From positions 2,941 to 66,940 of the forward strand of contig DXAZ01000033.1 of the NCBI GenBank assembly GCA_019116785.1: 64,000 nt of DNA, read 5' to 3'. This DNA is from Candidatus Atopostipes pullistercoris. GTDB lineage: Bacteria > Bacillota > Bacilli > Lactobacillales > Carnobacteriaceae_A. How positions within the stretch are numbered: the stretch's first letter is position 1; each line of letters starts with the position of its first letter. The notes under the pieces were generated by a model, which was given only the letters and a program-made list of their open reading frames with translations, was not told the origin of the DNA and did no database searches. The position numbers were made by a program, and so were the translations under genes. Below are positions 62,221 through 64,000 of the stretch, in pieces.

Positions 62221-62337
62221 AATACTATGTTTCCTCCTCGTGCCTTATTGCACTTATAAAATTCACATATTTGCAAGGTACGAATTGGAATGCTTTGTTA
62301 CACATTGTATTTCCTTCCTTACTAAAATGCTACAGTA

Positions 62338-62366
62338 ATAATAGCACCCCTAATTAAAAACTTCAA
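62338..62366 (-). promoter_or_regulatory. csp promoter, implying a ~110-nt 5-prime UTR
   Basis: Minus strand TTGAAG (62366-62361), 17 nt, TATTAT (62343-62338). Long leaders are typical of csp genes. Confidence 0.5.
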
Positions 62367-62416
62367 GTATTTTAACTTTTATTTGAAAGAATTCTTCTTG
62401 TTTTGTTGATTAGGTT

Positions 62417-63112
62417 TTACATGAGTCCTTCTTCTTTCAAACTCAAATATTTATTTTCACCAATGATAAAATGATCCAGCACTTCTATTCCCATCATTTC
62501 TCCTGCGTCCACCATTCGTCTGGTAAAAGAGTAATCGGCTTCAGAAGGCTCCGTATTTCCCGAAGGATGGTTGTGGGCTACTATGATTCGAGCGGCAGAA
62601 TAGCGGATGGCTCCTTTAAAGATTTCCCGTGGGTGGGCTACACTAGTATTAAGCGACCCAATGAATATGGTTTCTTTTTTTACAATTTCGTTTTTGGTGT
62701 TTAAGTATAAAGCGACCACATTTTCTTGGGTTAAGTTAGATAATTCGTTGGTTAAATAGTTTCCAACCCAACTGCTGGAAACTACAGTACCTTCTTTTAA
62801 TTGTGGAGCTACGGCAATACGATGTCCTAATTCGGTAGCAGCCATAATTTCAATGGCTTTGATTCTTCCGATTCCTGGTATTTTCATTAATTCTTGTACG
62901 GAGGTATGGCGAAACATGTGTAAATCTTCTACTTCTCTTAAAACATCCATCGCAAGGTTCACAACGTTCTTATTTTTTGTTCCGGTTCTTAAAAGGATGG
63001 CTAACAATTCATGGTCAGCCAGTGCTTTTGGACCTAAATTCTCCAATCTTTCTCGTGGGCGAGAGTTATTTGGGATTAGTTGAATATTTGTTTCTTGTAC
63101 TTTTTTGCTCAT
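62417..63112 (-). CDS. radC: RadC-like JAB/MPN domain protein
   Basis: HhH N-terminus (LADHELLAILLRTG...IPGIGRIKA) and JAMM motif HNHPSG. 231 aa. Confidence 0.88.
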   Translation of the reverse strand: MSKKVQETNIQLIPNNSRPRERLENLGPKALADHELLAILLRTGTKNKNVVNLAMDVLREVEDLHMFRHTSVQELMKIPGIGRIKAIEIMAATELGHRIAVAPQLKEGTVVSSSWVGNYLTNELSNLTQENVVALYLNTKNEIVKKETIFIGSLNTSVAHPREIFKGAIRYSAARIIVAHNHPSGNTEPSEADYSFTRRMVDAGEMMGIEVLDHFIIGENKYLSLKEEGLM

Positions 63113-63385
63113 AAATAAATCCTCTTTTCTTTAATATATAAATACCCCTACTATATATATTTGCAAAAAAAGTGGATTTTCTTTTTTAAAATGCAAAATA
63201 CTTTAAATTATTTTGAGGATTCGCTTAGCTACGCCTTCTTAAAAAATTTGCAATCCTAAATTCCACCTTTTCAAACCGTGTTATTTTTCATAATAGAGGA
63301 GCTATCTTAAGAAGTTAAGTCACTTTTTTACTCCTCATAAATAAAAAAATTCTATAAAAAATAGAATCTTCCACTTAGCTGTATA

Positions 63386-63428
63386 TAAAAACTGAGTAAA
63401 TCTTGGTGTTAAACCAAAATTTACTCAA
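63386..63428 (-). terminator. terminator after the HAD gene
   Basis: Minus strand TGAGTAAAT-loop-ATTTACTCA followed by T5. Confidence 0.7.
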
Positions 63429-63451
63429 CTCTAATCAGCTATTTTTGCTTT

Positions 63452-64000
63452 TTATTTATTCTTTTCTTCTATGAAGTCAATCACATGGTGTAAATTGGGT
63501 AAAATAGCGACTGCCTTTTTTGCGGTCTGTTCATCTAGTTCAATCATATCTGGGATATGAATCACTGGAATATTTGCGCCCGCTGCTGCTAGAACACCAT
63601 TTTTAGAATCTTCTAAGATCAAAGCTTCTTCTTTATTATCAATTCCCGTTTTACTAAACGCTTTATTAAAAATCGCTGGATCGGGTTTAGCTGTTGAGAC
63701 TTCATCCCCACCAATCACATCTTTGAAGTAATGACGAACGTCTAAGCGTTCAAGTAAATGCTCGACCAATTCTCGATGCGTACTAGAAGCCACTACTGCA
63801 GGAATTTCTTCCTCTTTTAAATAATCCAACAATTCAATTAAACCTTCATGTAAATCAACTGGACCATTTCTTAGTTTATCTTCTAGTTCTACTTGACTAT
63901 CTTTTAAAAACTGAGCCAATAAATCATGGTCTTCATACATTTCATGCATAGTATTGACCATAATATCATTTCCCGCACCAATAAATTTGGAATATACATC
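63452..64000 (-). CDS. HAD-superfamily hydrolase (beta-phosphoglucomutase-like subfamily); 5-prime end outside the window
   Basis: ASST (motif II), KPDP (motif III), EDSKNGVLAA (motif IV). The reading frame stays open from 63961 to the window edge, so the DxD motif I lies beyond 64000. Confidence 0.75.
   Translation of the reverse strand, partial: DVYSKFIGAGNDIMVNTMHEMYEDHDLLAQFLKDSQVELEDKLRNGPVDLHEGLIELLDYLKEEEIPAVVASSTHRELVEHLLERLDVRHYFKDVIGGDEVSTAKPDPAIFNKAFSKTGIDNKEEALILEDSKNGVLAAAGANIPVIHIPDMIELDEQTAKKAVAILPNLHHVIDFIEEKNK

Overview
This window reads as a core chromosomal segment of a low-GC Firmicute. Gene order and protein sequences look Lactobacillales-like (Enterococcaceae/Carnobacteriaceae style), but I cannot assign a genus without a database search. 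I count about 57 protein genes, nearly all on the minus strand, so minus is probably the leading strand. In coordinate order they are: rsmB (partial), fmt, priA, coaBC; rpoZ, gmk; cls; RNase J2; pnp, rpsO; uvrB; rpsT; holA, comEC, comEB, comEA; ylbL, coaD, rsmD, ylbG, ylaN; typA; an inositol monophosphatase; pdhDCBA; def; tpx. A less conserved, accessory-looking stretch follows at about 33.7-43.3 kb: MBL hydrolase, esterase, lipoprotein, frameshifted DUF2188 gene, LytTR regulator plus membrane partner, SDR, thioesterase, FAD/NAD(P)-binding protein, a lone tRNA-Ala(GGC), Cof HAD and DeoR. The window then continues with RNase J1, liaRSF, greA, udk, mltG, yrzB, ruvX, ireB, alaS with a T-box leader, cstA, minDC, mreDCB, csp, radC and a partial HAD gene. 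I see no CRISPR-cas, transposase, integrase, prophage or recognisable defence system. The most unexplained object is an exactly phased array of at least ten GC-rich 41-bp units at 56.9-57.35 kb, between the minCD terminator and cstA. Other points worth a second look: an orphan small gene whose promoter carries two LexA (Cheo) boxes; a DUF2188 gene broken at an A8 run; an alaS T-box whose terminator stem encloses rather than competes with the antiterminator; a LytTR/membrane-protein pair with LRS-like architecture; and a Shine-Dalgarno (SD)-preceded small ORF after liaR. Several track ORFs have over-extended N-termini. I trimmed these to the start codon with a plausible Shine-Dalgarno sequence.
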